From assembly GCA_964016885.1 (NCBI GenBank), contig OZ024754.1, forward strand, positions 13,144,001-13,208,000: DNA of 64,000 bases. The letters are read 5' to 3'. Shown here piece after piece: positions 14,164 through 27,670 of this stretch. The notes under the pieces are model-generated. The model searched no databases. It saw only the letters and a program-made list of their open reading frames with translations, and had not been told where the DNA came from. The DNA is from Eledone cirrhosa (taxonomy: Eukaryota). Both the position numbers and the translations under genes were made by a program. Position 1 is the stretch's first letter, and every line of letters begins with the position of its first letter.

Positions 14164-14668
14164 TTTACAAAATGAAGAGAAAATATATCCTTTTGAAATC
14201 AGATGGTTCTTTTGATATACCCTGTATATATCCTATTGGAATGGCTTCTACAAATATAGGACAGTTCCAGGAACCTGAAATCTATATCAGCATATAAATA
14301 AGCGGCTGTTAATGAACGATGGAACTGAGAATTTGCTAATATTAATTATTGGCCCCAAAAGAACTTTAATTGGAGAAGTCCTTCTACTGTATTGATGAGG
14401 CGGAGGAGATATTCCTTTCAGTTTGGAGCCTTTAAAATCTTTGGGGAATATTCAATTAATTAAAATTACAACCTATGTTTAAAGAGCGATAACTATTAAA
14501 TTAATTAAAAGTTGTTAAATCCCGAATGAAGATTTGGACCTGTTAAATACTTAAATTGTAATTAAAAATTAGAATTTAAGAGAATATTCTGTGATTACGG
14601 GAATAGAGTTAAATCGTCAACATTCTAAAGATGTCAAAATGTAAACAAAAACAGAATGGAATATATTT

Positions 14669-15746
14669 AATTGTTTCTACATTTAGCACGAGGCCAGCAA
14701 TTATCCCAGTGCATTACTGGTACTTTATTTTATCGACCCCGTAAGGATGAAAGGCAAAGTTGACCGCGACGGGATTTGAACTCAGACCGTAAAAGGACGT
14801 AACTATGCTCCAAAGCATGGCGTCCGACCCTCTACCGGTACTGCCATTTCACTGAGAATATAATATATTCAGTAAGAAGGGTGGTGGGTTGGCAGTAATC
14901 GGTAGAGCGTCGGACAACATGCTTTGTGGCATGAAGTTACGGCCCTTTATGGTCTGAGTTAAATCCTATCAAGGTGAGCTTTGCCTTTCCTCCTTACGGG
15001 GTCGATAAAATAAAGTACCAGTAACGTACTGGTAATTGCTGGCCTTGTGCGTAAATAAAAAAATCATCATGTAATGAGTAAGATTGATAATTGTTTCTAC
15101 TTTTGGCACAAGGCCAGCAATTACCCAGTACATTACTGGTACTTTATTTTATCGACCCCGTAAGGATGAAAGGCAAAGTTAACCTCGGCGGGATTTGAAC
15201 TCAGAATGGCAAGGGCCGTAACTCTATGCGTCAAAGCATGGCGTCCAACCCTCTACTGATACTGCCAAATAATGTAATATGATGTTAGTAATATTGTATA
15301 GACACACACAGACACACACACATACCGATATGAAACATACACAGACACACACACACACGGACATGAAACATACACACACACACATAAAACATACACAGAC
15401 ACAAAGCATATGCATAACCACGCACACACTCTCACGCACACAAAACACGATCACACACACACGGACACACGCGCGTGCGTGGACACAAAACGTTCACACA
15501 AACACGCACACACTCTCACGCACAAAAAATACGCACACGCAACACAAAACACACTCTCACGTACACAAAACACAATCACACACACACACACACAGTAACA
15601 AAACACACACTCACACACGCAAAACACACAGACAAACACAAAATACAAAAGCACACTCATGCACACAAAACACTTCCATAAACACACACAAATACAACCA
15701 AACACACACACACTCACGCACACACACACGCGCGCACAAAACAGAA

Positions 15747-15785
<39 letters not shown>

Positions 15786-16328
15786 TACAGAGATGAAGTG
15801 AAGGTGGCACCCCGCAAATTCTTGAAATTAATAAAGGGAGGAGTGCGGGACTGTGTCCTGAATATGTTTTTTTTTTATCGCATTTGTAAAATAAGTTGGA
15901 TTGGTAAAATAAATTTGAATAAATAATTGTTTCTACTTTTGGCACAAGGCCAGCAATTATCCAGTACATTACTGGTACTTTATTTTATCGACCCCGTAAG
16001 GATGAAAGGCAAAGTTAACCTCGACGGGATTTGAACTCAGACCGTAAAGAAACGTAACTATGCTAGAAAGCATGGCGTCCAACCCCCTACCGATACTGCC
16101 AATTCACCGCACTTGAATAAGTTTGAATAAGTTTGAATAAATAATTTTTTTTTATTTTTGGCACAAGGCCAGCAATTATCCAGTACATTACTGGTACTTT
16201 ATTTTATCGACCCCGTAAGGATGAAACAAAGTTTACCTCGGCGGGATTTGAACTAAGAATGGCAAGGGCCGTAAATCTATGCGCCAAAGCATGGCGTCTG
16301 ACCCTCTACCGATACTGCCAATCCACCA
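14669..16328. mobile_element. Cluster of five tRNA-derived octopus-type SINE copies (14669-14853 -, 14878-15062 +, 15089-15268 -, 15925-16110 -, 16143-16328 -)
   Basis: A-box-like TGGCAGTATCGG, B-box GAGTTCAAATCC, shared body ACTTTGCCTTTCATCCTTACGGGGTCGATAAAATAAAGTACCAGT, AT-rich tail. Confidence 0.85.
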
Positions 16329-16710
16329 TAAATAATTGTTTCTACAAGGCCAGCAATAAATAATGAATGAATATTATGTAATTTATGTACTAAATTTCGT
16401 AACTCTTGATTAAATATCAATAATTTTATTGCTTATTTCAAGATTCACTTCTAATCTAATCTGACTGAGTTTACACTCGCAAATAAGAAGAACCAGGGCC
16501 GCTCCTAGGAGCATTGTTTCGGTTGCTGAATACAATCAGGGGTCGCTGCTTCTCTTAAAGGTCAATAGTTCTCTTCTAACTTGAGCGGGAGCGCCTTTCC
16601 ATTCTCAATTTGCATTGATCATCTGCAAAGCCGAATTGTTCTCAGAACAACTACACCAGTCTTTCGATGCGTGCAGCTGGAAGTAGTGCCCACCATTGAT
16701 GAGTAAAAAG

Positions 16711-16825
16711 GAGCAACGTGAAATAAAGTGTCTTGCTCAAGGACACAACACATCACCCGGTCCGAGAATCGAACTCACAACCTTTCGAACTGAAGCCCAA
16801 TGTTCTAACTACTTAGCCATGCGCC
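16711..16825 (-). mobile_element. tRNA-head SINE, second family (5' part)
   Basis: Minus strand GGCGCATGGCTAAGTAGTTAG...GAGTTCGATTCTC...TGTGTCCTTGAGCAAGACACTT; similar to 40128 and 56266. Confidence 0.75.
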
Positions 16826-17077
16826 GCCTTCCCTAATTACATCGCTTATATAAATGTTCATATATTTGCATCGTTATATAAGGTTTATATTTCCGTCGCT
16901 AATGTCCTCCTAATGCAGTTTATATATAATATCGTCTTTTTTAAATGTACCATGGATTACTCTACTGATTGCAGTAGATACTGTAACACAGTATCTTTTC
17001 CCAATTACGATTTTATTTGACATATCATATCTATATGTATATATATTTGCGTATAATATCAATACGCACACTACACA

Positions 17078-17120
17078 TACTAGCAGAAAAACCACCCGAG
17101 GGGTGGTTTTTCTGCTAGTA
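17078..17120. repeat. Perfect 20-bp-arm hairpin (probable apex of a fold-back insert running to ~17316)
   Basis: TACTAGCAGAAAAACCACCC-GAG-GGGTGGTTTTTCTGCTAGTA. Confidence 0.75.
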
Positions 17121-17315
17121 TTTTTTAATTGTTAGATTAATATAATTATACTTCTGATTGTAGTGAATCTTTCAGTATCTTCTCTGTTGTGTTTATTTCA
17201 TATTTATTACTGTCATTTCTATACACCCTTGGTTTTACATCGATCTTTCAATTGATGGTTGAGTTTGTAGCACTTTCATCTATTGACCTCGGCTTTTCAA
17301 TGCTAGGTGAATGAC

Positions 17316-17376
<61 letters not shown>

Positions 17377-17424
17377 TTGCCCCTTGACAAGTTCGGCTAT
17401 CTAAATACCAGAACTGATTTTTCA

Positions 17425-17565
17425 TTCAGTACAGAATTAGCCGTCGAAACGGCTTGAGCTCAGCCGTCGGGGTCTTACTTACTCCTATTACCCACTCTAC
17501 TACCCTAAGTATTGAGTACTTTGGTGCGTTATGGTCCACCTGGTTCCTTACCACTTTTCCCTCGC

Positions 17566-17566
<1 letters not shown>
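17425..17566 (+). mobile_element. Family A PLE-end copy, single arm
   Basis: Matches the reverse complement of 13098-13239; ends in (TA)n. Confidence 0.8.
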
Positions 17567-17656
<90 letters not shown>

Positions 17657-17660
<4 letters not shown>

Positions 17661-17830
17661 CAAAGAGGGTGTGGTAAGATACCAGGTGGATCATAACGCA
17701 GCAGAGTACTCGATACTTAGGGTAGTAGAGTGGGTAATAGGAAAAGAGTGAGGATCATGATGGCTGAGCTCCGACCGTTTCGACAGCTAGATCCGAACGC
17801 AGCTAGCTGCCGAAACGGCCGGAGCTCAGC
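17657..17830 (-). mobile_element. Family A fold-back copy (more diverged)
   Basis: Same layout as 13098-13299. Confidence 0.75.
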
Positions 17831-17846
17831 CGTCGGGGTCCTGACT

Positions 17847-17913
<67 letters not shown>

Positions 17914-17930
17914 CCCTAGGAAGAGAAAAT

Positions 17931-18012
17931 GCTTCTCTGATGAGCTTTGGTTTTCCATCATGAATCCATCGGATTTATGAGGTTTTACAAAGCGAAACTG
18001 ATCAGTAAGGGC
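17931..18012 (+). ncRNA. Type I hammerhead ribozyme with extended stem II and palindromic stem III
   Basis: TTCT-CTGATGA(17937)-GCTTTG...TCATGAATCC/GGATTTATGA...CAAAGC-GAAACTGATCAGT-A-AGGG; inside a (TA)n-flanked insert 17911-18097. Confidence 0.85.
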
Positions 18013-18119
18013 CACTAGGAGAGGTAAATATTTATATTATATTTTTTAATGTATTTTGAAAAATTGATTGAATTTTACTTGTTCTGCTTATCTTAATATA
18101 TATATATATATATATATAT

Positions 18120-18433
18120 AGTGGTAGAACACTGGAAGGTAATATCCGTAGTGGTAGAGCACTCAGTCCATGGGACGAGTTAGGTAGAAGTGGTTACACA
18201 ACAGTTAGTTCATCATACCGAGAACAATTGTTTCACCTTAGCGGATCCTCAGCTCGTAATGGACATGGTTATACGGCAGTAGTTCTGTATCAAATTGTTC
18301 AAGATCGCTAATGTACGCTGATCAATTACATGTTATTGTACTGAAACTGTTGAGAGTTAACCATGACCATTACGAGCTGAGGATCTACTAAGATGAAACA
18401 ATTGTTCTCGTTATGGTGAACTAACTGTTGTGT

Positions 18434-18437
<4 letters not shown>
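18120..18437. mobile_element. Family D fold-back insert with two HHR copies (18218-18256 -, 18372-18411 +) and an inverted ORF piece as loop
   Basis: Plus copy: ACGAG-CTGAGGA-TCTACTAAGAT-GAAACAATTGT-T-CTCGT. Loop 18276-18358 is the reverse complement of 18683-18765. Confidence 0.75.
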
Positions 18438-18468
<31 letters not shown>

Positions 18469-18530
18469 GTGTGTATGTGTGTGTAGTAAATAGGTCATTT
18501 TGTCCTTTCAAGATTAATAGTCTTTATATA

Positions 18531-19880
18531 ATGGAACAAGACGATTTATCCTACTCGTTAAAGACCATCTCAATACTAACTAACCAACGTTAGTTGAATC
18601 AATCGGTTAATTGCAAACCTAACATTTGTGAAGCAAATGTAATGGAAATCATATTTCCATGATGTCAATAAAGTTATCCATGAACTCTCAACAGTTTTAG
18701 TACAATAACATGTAATTGATCAGCGTACATTAGCGATGTTGAACAATTTGATACAGAACTATTGCAAATGACGAGTACAATTTTGTAAGTACCATAACGT
18801 TTTCCAGCATAAACTAAATGCCGACATCAAACGTTTACATTTCCAGATGAAACTAAAAATCTATATGAATTAGATAATCACATGTACACCGAAGCTCTCT
18901 ATAACAATATTATTGAAAAAGCTGTTTCACTCACATATGAGTACATCAATGTGAATGCGAAATATATAGTAACGAGATGAAAACTATACCGACATGTAAA
19001 AATGTGTCGCCGAGCATGAAGCAATATCACGTCTCATGATCGCGAAGTAAATTTCGATTCTACTACAAACTGCACATTAATTAAATCAGCCATGAGTGAA
19101 ATCAGATTAATTAATAAATACGTCATAAATAATATAAATGTCAAAATGGGGAATGCCACAAGCATCTAACAACAGAATAGAAGCTTTGACGAAGTCTGTT
19201 GGTTCACAAATATTAACAATATAATCAAATATAAGTTTAATTAATTCGATATAGTTACATTTCGAAACACTTTGTAACTCGAGCCTTAAGATTAGCCGAG
19301 AAATATTGCACTATAACCCAAAGTGATACGAGAGATGGCTGCAAAGTTCATAGTCTGACTAAGATGCTCTCATGGAATGACCAAATGAGGTTTATTTTTC
19401 CATATAGTTCCTGGAAAGAAACAAGACAGTTATTAATAAGAAATGTTGAAATTAATGCATACAAGATTTCACAGCTCTAGCATCACTCCTTCATAGGTTG
19501 ACCAAGATACTCTCATGGAATGACCAAATAAGGTCTATTGCTCAATATAGTCCCTGGAAAGAAACAAGACAGTTATTAATAAGAGGAATTATAATTAATG
19601 TATGCAATATTTCACAGCTCTAGCATCACACCTTCATAGTCTGACCAAGACACTTTCATGGAATGACCAAATGAGGTTTATTTTTCAACATAGTCCCTGG
19701 AATGAAACAAGACAGTTATTAATAAAAAGAGTTGGAATTAATGCAGGCAATATTTCACAGCTCAAACATCATTCCTTCTTAGTCAGCCTTTGAACTTTTC
19801 AGCCGAATTCCGTACATATGTGAGCATGTACGTCAGAAAAAATAGTATTTTGTGGAAATCCCATTTACTTATTGAGAACA
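18531..19880 (+). pseudogene. Decayed Penelope/Poseidon-type reverse transcriptase (N-terminal half), interrupted by a MITE
   Basis: Frameshifted remnants MEQDDLSYSLKTISI, FVKQM*WKSYF, DETKNLYELD, ITSHDREVNFDSTTNCTLIKSAMSEI, WFTNI...FDIVTF correspond to PLE motifs YSLKNIP, FIKRMRWKA, ADKTxNxY, ITLKDHKxNF...CRLINPAKSEI, FDIxxFYPSI. Confidence 0.75.
19327..19814. mobile_element. Mariner/Tc1-like MITE with three internal ~140-bp tandem repeats
   Basis: TIRs TACGAGAGATGGCTGCAAAGTTCA / TGAACTTTTCAGCCGAATTCCGTA, TA at both ends; repeated CTCATGGAATGACCAAAT...GAAACAAGACAGTTATTAATAA units. Confidence 0.75.
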
Positions 19881-19968
19881 AATAGCAATTCTATTGATTC
19901 AGGCGTTAGTTAGGGTTCATTCCATAGTGTCTTGGTATCATTAGGCTGTGCAACTGAGACACGTTTAA

Positions 19969-20055
19969 TAATTGTTTCTACTTTCGGCACAAGGCCAGCA
20001 ATTATCCCAGAGCATTACTGGTACTTTATTTTATCGACCCCGTAAGGACGAAAGC
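19969..20055 (-). mobile_element. Octopus-type SINE 3' fragment
   Basis: Shared SINE body; another fragment at 20413-20508. Confidence 0.75.
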
Positions 20056-20198
20056 ACGTTTAATAATATATTCAAAAACATTGGGCATAGACTTATATAT
20101 GTATGTATATGTAACAATATCCGTAGATGTGGAAAGGAAAAAAGGAAAACGGTGTTCAATCGGGAAGGGAGCAGAAATATAATACTATTTATTATATG

Positions 20199-20379
20199 TT
20201 CATACAGGGAACAAAAGCGCTACCCACGGTTTCAAGGCCCAAATTTGACCAACTTTGACCATACATCTAGAAGACAAGAGTCATCAAAATAAGATGCCTC
20301 TAGTTTTCTGGAAGTATGGTCAAAGTTGGTCAAATGTGGACCTTGTAACCTTGGGTACCGCTTTTGTTCCGTGTATGAA
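20199..20379. mobile_element. Old palindromic MITE (imperfect ~87-bp arms)
   Basis: TTCATACAGGGAACAAAAGCG...TTTGACCAACTTTGACCATAC / GTATGGTCAAAGTTGGTCAAA...CGCTTTTGTTCCGTGTATGAA. Confidence 0.65.
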
Positions 20380-20784
20380 TAAATAGAATAATAATAATAA
20401 CAATAATAATAATAATTGTTTCTACTTTTGGCACAAGGCCAGCAATTATCTCAGTGCATTACTGGTACTTTATTTTATCGACCCTGTAAGGATGAAAGGC
20501 AAAGTTAACAATAATAATAATAATAATGGTTTATTATATAAGCACAATGCCAGCAATTTTGGGGGAGGGAACTGATTATACAGATAAGTACTAATCAGTA
20601 CGAAACAGAGCTCTGTCAGCTTTATCTCCCCTGTTTGCTGAACATTTAAAGTAAGTGAGACTGTCACTACGCTAAAACAATAGCGTAAGGTCTTCGAAAT
20701 GCTTTTAATTAAGCATACAGTGTATTGCAAAATACACTGTGTATACATTCATATATATATCGCTATTTCAGAGCACCAATTCTA

Positions 20785-21095
<311 letters not shown>

Positions 21096-21260
21096 CAATA
21101 TATTGAGAAACACACAGATACATGCGGACACACACATATACATGAATATATCCACATCCATCCTTGAGTTAATGGTGCCAACCTTAACCGATGTTGCTCT
21201 ATGAATAACTGGGACAAACCAATCCGAATGGATTAGACTGAACCAGTATCAGAGCTAAAA

Positions 21261-21908
<648 letters not shown>

Positions 21909-22000
21909 CACACACACAGATTTCGATAGCGAGAGTTGTGTTTGGTGTTGAAGTTTAAGGAATTTACACCTTAGAAATAGATATTTGTTCATTCATATAT

Positions 22001-22093
<93 letters not shown>

Positions 22094-22117
22094 TACACAT
22101 ATATATATACATATATA

Positions 22118-22198
<81 letters not shown>

Positions 22199-22745
22199 TA
22201 TATATATATATATATGTGTGTGTATATATATAGATATATATGTATACACGCATATACATATATAAATGTGTATATACATACATATAGGTTCACCTGCAAA
22301 CATTCATATTGACAAACATATATGATATACGATATTATAAACATTAATTTAATTTATATCTGAACTAATATTGACTTGTCATGTTGTAAATAAAATTATA
22401 TTCAACGTAAAAATATAATAATGAGAAACAAATTAACTTGATAGGAAAAGTAGGCGAGATAAGTAAATCTTCTTTGATACATCTACCACCTGCTTAATCT
22501 CTGATTAGATTGGTTTATATTTATGCATATTTTATAGATATATTCTTACACACACCCACACACACCCACACACACACACAGATACACACACACAGATACG
22601 CACACACACACACACACACGCATATATATATATGCGTAAACCTCTTATTGAATTGACTTATATTCATGCATACTTTATACAAACATTCATACAAAACGCT
22701 CACACACACACACACACACACAGGCAAACATACACACACACACAT

Positions 22746-22791
<46 letters not shown>

Positions 22792-22842
22792 GATGTTAAA
22801 CAAATGGAAACTATATAACCCAACAATTTTAAATAAAACCTT

Positions 22843-22901
<59 letters not shown>

Positions 22902-22925
22902 AATATATTTACGTATAATAATAAT

Positions 22926-23107
22926 AATTGTTTCTACTTTTGGCACATGGCCAGCAAATTACCCAGTACATTACTGGTACTTTATTTTATCGACCCCGTA
23001 AGGATGAAAGGCAAAGTTAACCTCGACGGGATTTGAACTCAAACCGTAAAGGGACGTAACTATGCTAGAAAGCATGGCGTCCAACTATCTACCGATACTG
23101 CAAATTC
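22926..23107 (-). mobile_element. Octopus-type SINE
   Basis: Near full-length shared SINE sequence. Confidence 0.85.
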
Positions 23108-23222
23108 AATAATGAAATTATTGTGTAAAGTGCTCAGGTGCATAAAAATATCAATGTGTAGATATGTATAGATACAAATCTCCATATATATACACATATA
23201 TGGACCCAATCACACACACACA

Positions 23223-23280
<58 letters not shown>

Positions 23281-23281
23281 C

Positions 23282-23459
<178 letters not shown>

Positions 23460-23526
23460 ATAATAGTAAATTTCAAAACTAAAGCCCAAAATTCTTTGCT
23501 TAAACTTTAATCTGTTATTTTAATAA

Positions 23527-23626
<100 letters not shown>

Positions 23627-23875
23627 ATCTATTTTTTTGTCTATGTATTTATGTATGATAATTATACATACTTCTTTTTAGATAACAACAAATAAGATTT
23701 AACGCTTTTTTGTTTTCTGTTTTTTCTAAATTCTACTTACGTGTCATATAGAATTAAATTGTTGTTATATAGGAATTGAATTTTGGAAATAGGAACATCT
23801 GTTTAGTTCGATATCGAAAGTGGTCGATACACATACATGACTGAACATATTGATACAAAAGTTTTAATACCTGGT

Positions 23876-25865
23876 CATACACATACATACACATACATAC
23901 ACATACATACACACAAACATACATAAACACACATATAATACATACATACATACAAACACATACGTACACACACACAAACATACATAAACACACATATAAT
24001 ACATACATACACATACAAAAACATACATACACACACACAAACACACATACATACATAAACACACATACATACACACCTACATACACATACATACACATAC
24101 ATACACACACACAAACATACATAAACACACATATAATACACACATACATACACATACATACACATACATACACACACACAAACATACATAAACACATATA
24201 ATACATACATATACATACAAAAACATACACACACACAAATATACATAAACACACATACATACACATACAAAACATACATACACACACACAAACATACATA
24301 AACACACATACATACACACATACATACACATACATACACATACATACACACACACAAACATACATAAACACACATATAATACATACATACACATACAAAA
24401 ACATACATACACACACACAAACATACATAAACACACAAACATGCACACCTACATACACATACATACACATACATACACACACACAAACATACATAAACGC
24501 ACATATAATACATACATACATACACATACAAACACATACGTACACACACACAAACATACATAAACACACATATAATACATACATACACATACAAAAATAT
24601 ACATACACACACACAAACATACATAAACACACATACACACCTACATACACATACATACACACACACAAACATACATAAACACATATAATACATACATACA
24701 CATACAAAAACATACATACACACACTCAAACATACATAAACACACATACATACACACATACATACACATACATACACATACATACACACACACAAACATA
24801 CATAAACACACATACATACACACCTACATACACATACATACACATACATACACACATACAAACATACATAAACACACATATAATACATACATACATACAC
24901 ATACAACACATACATACACACACACAAACATACATAAACACACATACATACACACCTACATACACATACATACACATACATACACACACACAAACATACA
25001 TAAACCCACATATAATACATACATACACATACAAACACATACATACACACACACACACACACGCGCACATACACACAGATACACACACACTCACTCACAC
25101 ATAGACACATACACACACACACACATATACACATACATACACATGTATGAGTGTGTGTGTGTGTGTGTATCTGTGTGTGTGTGTGCATGTGTGTGGGGGG
25201 TATGTGTGTGTGTGTGTATGTGTGTGGGGGGTCTGTGTATGTGTGTCTGTCTGTGTGTGTGGTGGGTGTCTGTGTATGTGTGTCTGTGTGTCTCTCAATG
25301 TGTGTGTATGTGTATGTGTGTATGTCTGAGTGGGGTGTATGGGTGTGTATGTGTGTGTATATGTGTGTGGGGGTATGTGTGGGGGTTACGTGTGTGGGTG
25401 TGTCTGTGTGTCTCTCAGTGTGTGTATGTGTATGTGTGTCTGTATGGGGTGTATGAGTGTGTGTGTGTGTGTGTGTGTATGTGTGTCTCTCAGTGTGTGT
25501 CTGTGTGTGTGCGGGGGTGTATATGTGTGTGTCTGTGTGTGTCTGTGTGTGGGGGTGTATGTGTGTGTGGGGGGGGTGTATATGTGTGTGTCTGTGTGTG
25601 GGGGTGTATGTGTGTGTGTGTGTCTGTGTGTCTGTGTGTCTCTCAGTGTGTGTGTGGGGGGGGGGTATACGTGTGTGTGTCTGTGTCTCTCAGTGTGTGT
25701 GTGGGGGGTATGTGTGTGGGGGGGTATGTGTGTGTGGGGGGTATATGTGTGTGTGTCTGTGTGTCTCTCAGTGTGTGTGTGTGTGGGGGGATATGTGTGT
25801 GTGTGTGGGGGTATATGTGTATGTGTCTGTGTGTGTCTGTGTGTCTCTGTGTGTGTGTATGTGTA
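23876..25865. repeat. CA-rich minisatellite (23876-25143) abutting a GT-rich minisatellite (25144-25865)
   Basis: Higher-order units such as CACACAAACATACATAAACACACATATAATACATAC, then GTGTCTCTCAGTGTG/GGGG units. Confidence 0.9.
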
Positions 25866-26040
25866 AATAAAATCGAATACCCTTTTCTAACCTTGTATAT
25901 TCCAAGATATTTGCTGGCTGAATACGTAGAGAGCAGGCCGTTTACTCAACGTAGATTTGATAGCCAATCATGTCCTGGTGAAACGGAAGTGTTGAGATTA
26001 ATTTGATGTTTAGCTCTGCCCCTACACTGTGCAACTATGT

Positions 26041-26612
26041 TAGCAAGTGCATTTGCCGTGTGCATTGGTGTATCCATCTGAGTCTAGAAAGTGCATTTGC
26101 CATGTGCATTGGTGTATCCATCGGAGTCTAGCAAGTGCATTTGCCATGTGCATTGGTGTATCCATCTGAGTCTAGAAAGTGCATTTGCCATGTGCATTGG
26201 TGTATCCATCGGAGTCTAGCAAGTGCATTTGCCATGTGCATTGGTGTATCCATCTGAGTCTAGAAAGTGCATTTGCTATGTGCATTGGTGTATCCATCTG
26301 AGTCTAGCAAGTGCATTTGCCATGTGCATTGGTGTATCCATCGGAGTCTAGCAAGTGCATTTGCCATGTGCATTGGTGTATCCATCGGAGTCTAGAAAGT
26401 GCATTTGCCATGTGCATTGGTGTATCCATCGGAGTCTAGCAAGTGCATTTGCCATGTGCATTGGTGTATCCATCTGAGTCTAGAAAGTGCATTTGCCATG
26501 TGCATTGGTGTATCCATCGGAGTCTAGCAAGTGCATTTGCCATGTGCATTGGTGTATCCATCGGAGTCTAGCAAGTGCATTTGCCATGTGCATTTGCCAT
26601 GTCCATCTGAGT
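26041..26612. repeat. 44-bp tandem repeat, ~12.5 copies
   Basis: Unit TAG(C/A)AAGTGCATTTGCCATGTGCATTGGTGTATCCATC(T/G)GAGTC; no spacers. Confidence 0.95.
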
Positions 26613-26764
26613 CGGGGCGGTTGTTTGAGGCAATAGCTGCTCCATACTTTAACATTTTAGTGAAAGTCGAGAGAAGAGAGATGTGAGAAGGATATCTTTC
26701 AAAAATACGAAATAAAATAATCAGAAATGAGTGAAACATGTTGAAATAAGTGGTGTTTGGGTGA

Positions 26765-27110
26765 GTGTATGTGAAAACCTGGGACGCCACCTGCTGCGAT
26801 ACGTTCTCCGCCTCCAGCTTAGTTGCTTCGGCCACAATCCCCGGCATCGCAGCGCGCCTCGCAGAAGAACGTAAAGTAAACAAACACTGGGGTTTGTCCG
26901 ACCGCTTCCTCTTCGCACCAGTCGCCGTCGAGACCTCAGGCGTACTTGGACCCCCGTACAGCCGAGCTCCTCCGCAAGATCGGAACGTCGGCGGCCCGTC
27001 TGAGGAAGGAGCCCCGCGAGGTTTGGTGGGTGTTACTGGCCATCGTCCGGGTGAATGGTTTTTCCATCTTGTCGGCGTGGCGGAGCACTCCTTCCCCCTT
27101 GTCCTAGGCC
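26765..27110 (+). pseudogene. C-terminal restriction-like endonuclease region of a CRE-like non-LTR retrotransposon (fragment)
   Basis: WDATCCDTFSASSL...GIAARLAEERKVNKH..L...FLFAPVAVETSGVLGP resembles the WDxT..DT / AE..K..KY / P.AVET.G..G pattern. Confidence 0.7.
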
Positions 27111-27670
27111 CAAAGCCCAATCACCCTCCTCCTTCACACCTCCCCTTCACCCTCCCTTCTCTTCTGCGACACCAGAGCTCTTTCCATCCCCTCCCTCTCT
27201 CGTTCTTTTTCTTCTTTCTTTCTCTTCTTTTTTTCTATATTTCCCTATTCTTTCTTTCCATGTCCCCCCCCCCCCCCTCTTTTTTTCTTACTAAATATTG
27301 TTTAGTTTTTTTTTGCTTTTGAATATTTCAAAACAGTAAATTCAATGAAAGAGAAATTATAAGCCAATGACAAAGAATTCAAAACTGAAAAATCTATTCT
27401 GAAAAAAAAACTAACTCCAGAAAAACTAAAATGGCTAAATTGCAACATCATGAAGTGTAAGTGAAACAAAAGTAAAATATTATGAAAAATGATAGGATTT
27501 CATATTCGAGTTCTTTTTTTTTGGAGTTCATAGTCAGTATTTGGGTACATTTTTTTCTTCTTGTTTATGTATTTATTTATCCTTGTGTTTCTTCCATCTA
27601 CTTTGTTGTCATCACTTGTCTTCGATCATTTAGTGATGTCAACGTTCTTGTGTTTTATATATATATATAT

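Noticed and set aside
16740-16825. tRNA gene-like sequences (also 40128, 56200)
   Set aside because: A/B boxes are followed by SINE body and no complete cloverleaf is evident; treated as SINE heads.
17078-17125. Hairpin followed by a T-run resembling a bacterial intrinsic terminator
   Set aside because: Eukaryotic repeat context; better explained as the apex of a fold-back insert.
26041-26612. Possible CRISPR array
   Set aside because: Contiguous tandem units without unique spacers, no cas genes, eukaryotic context.
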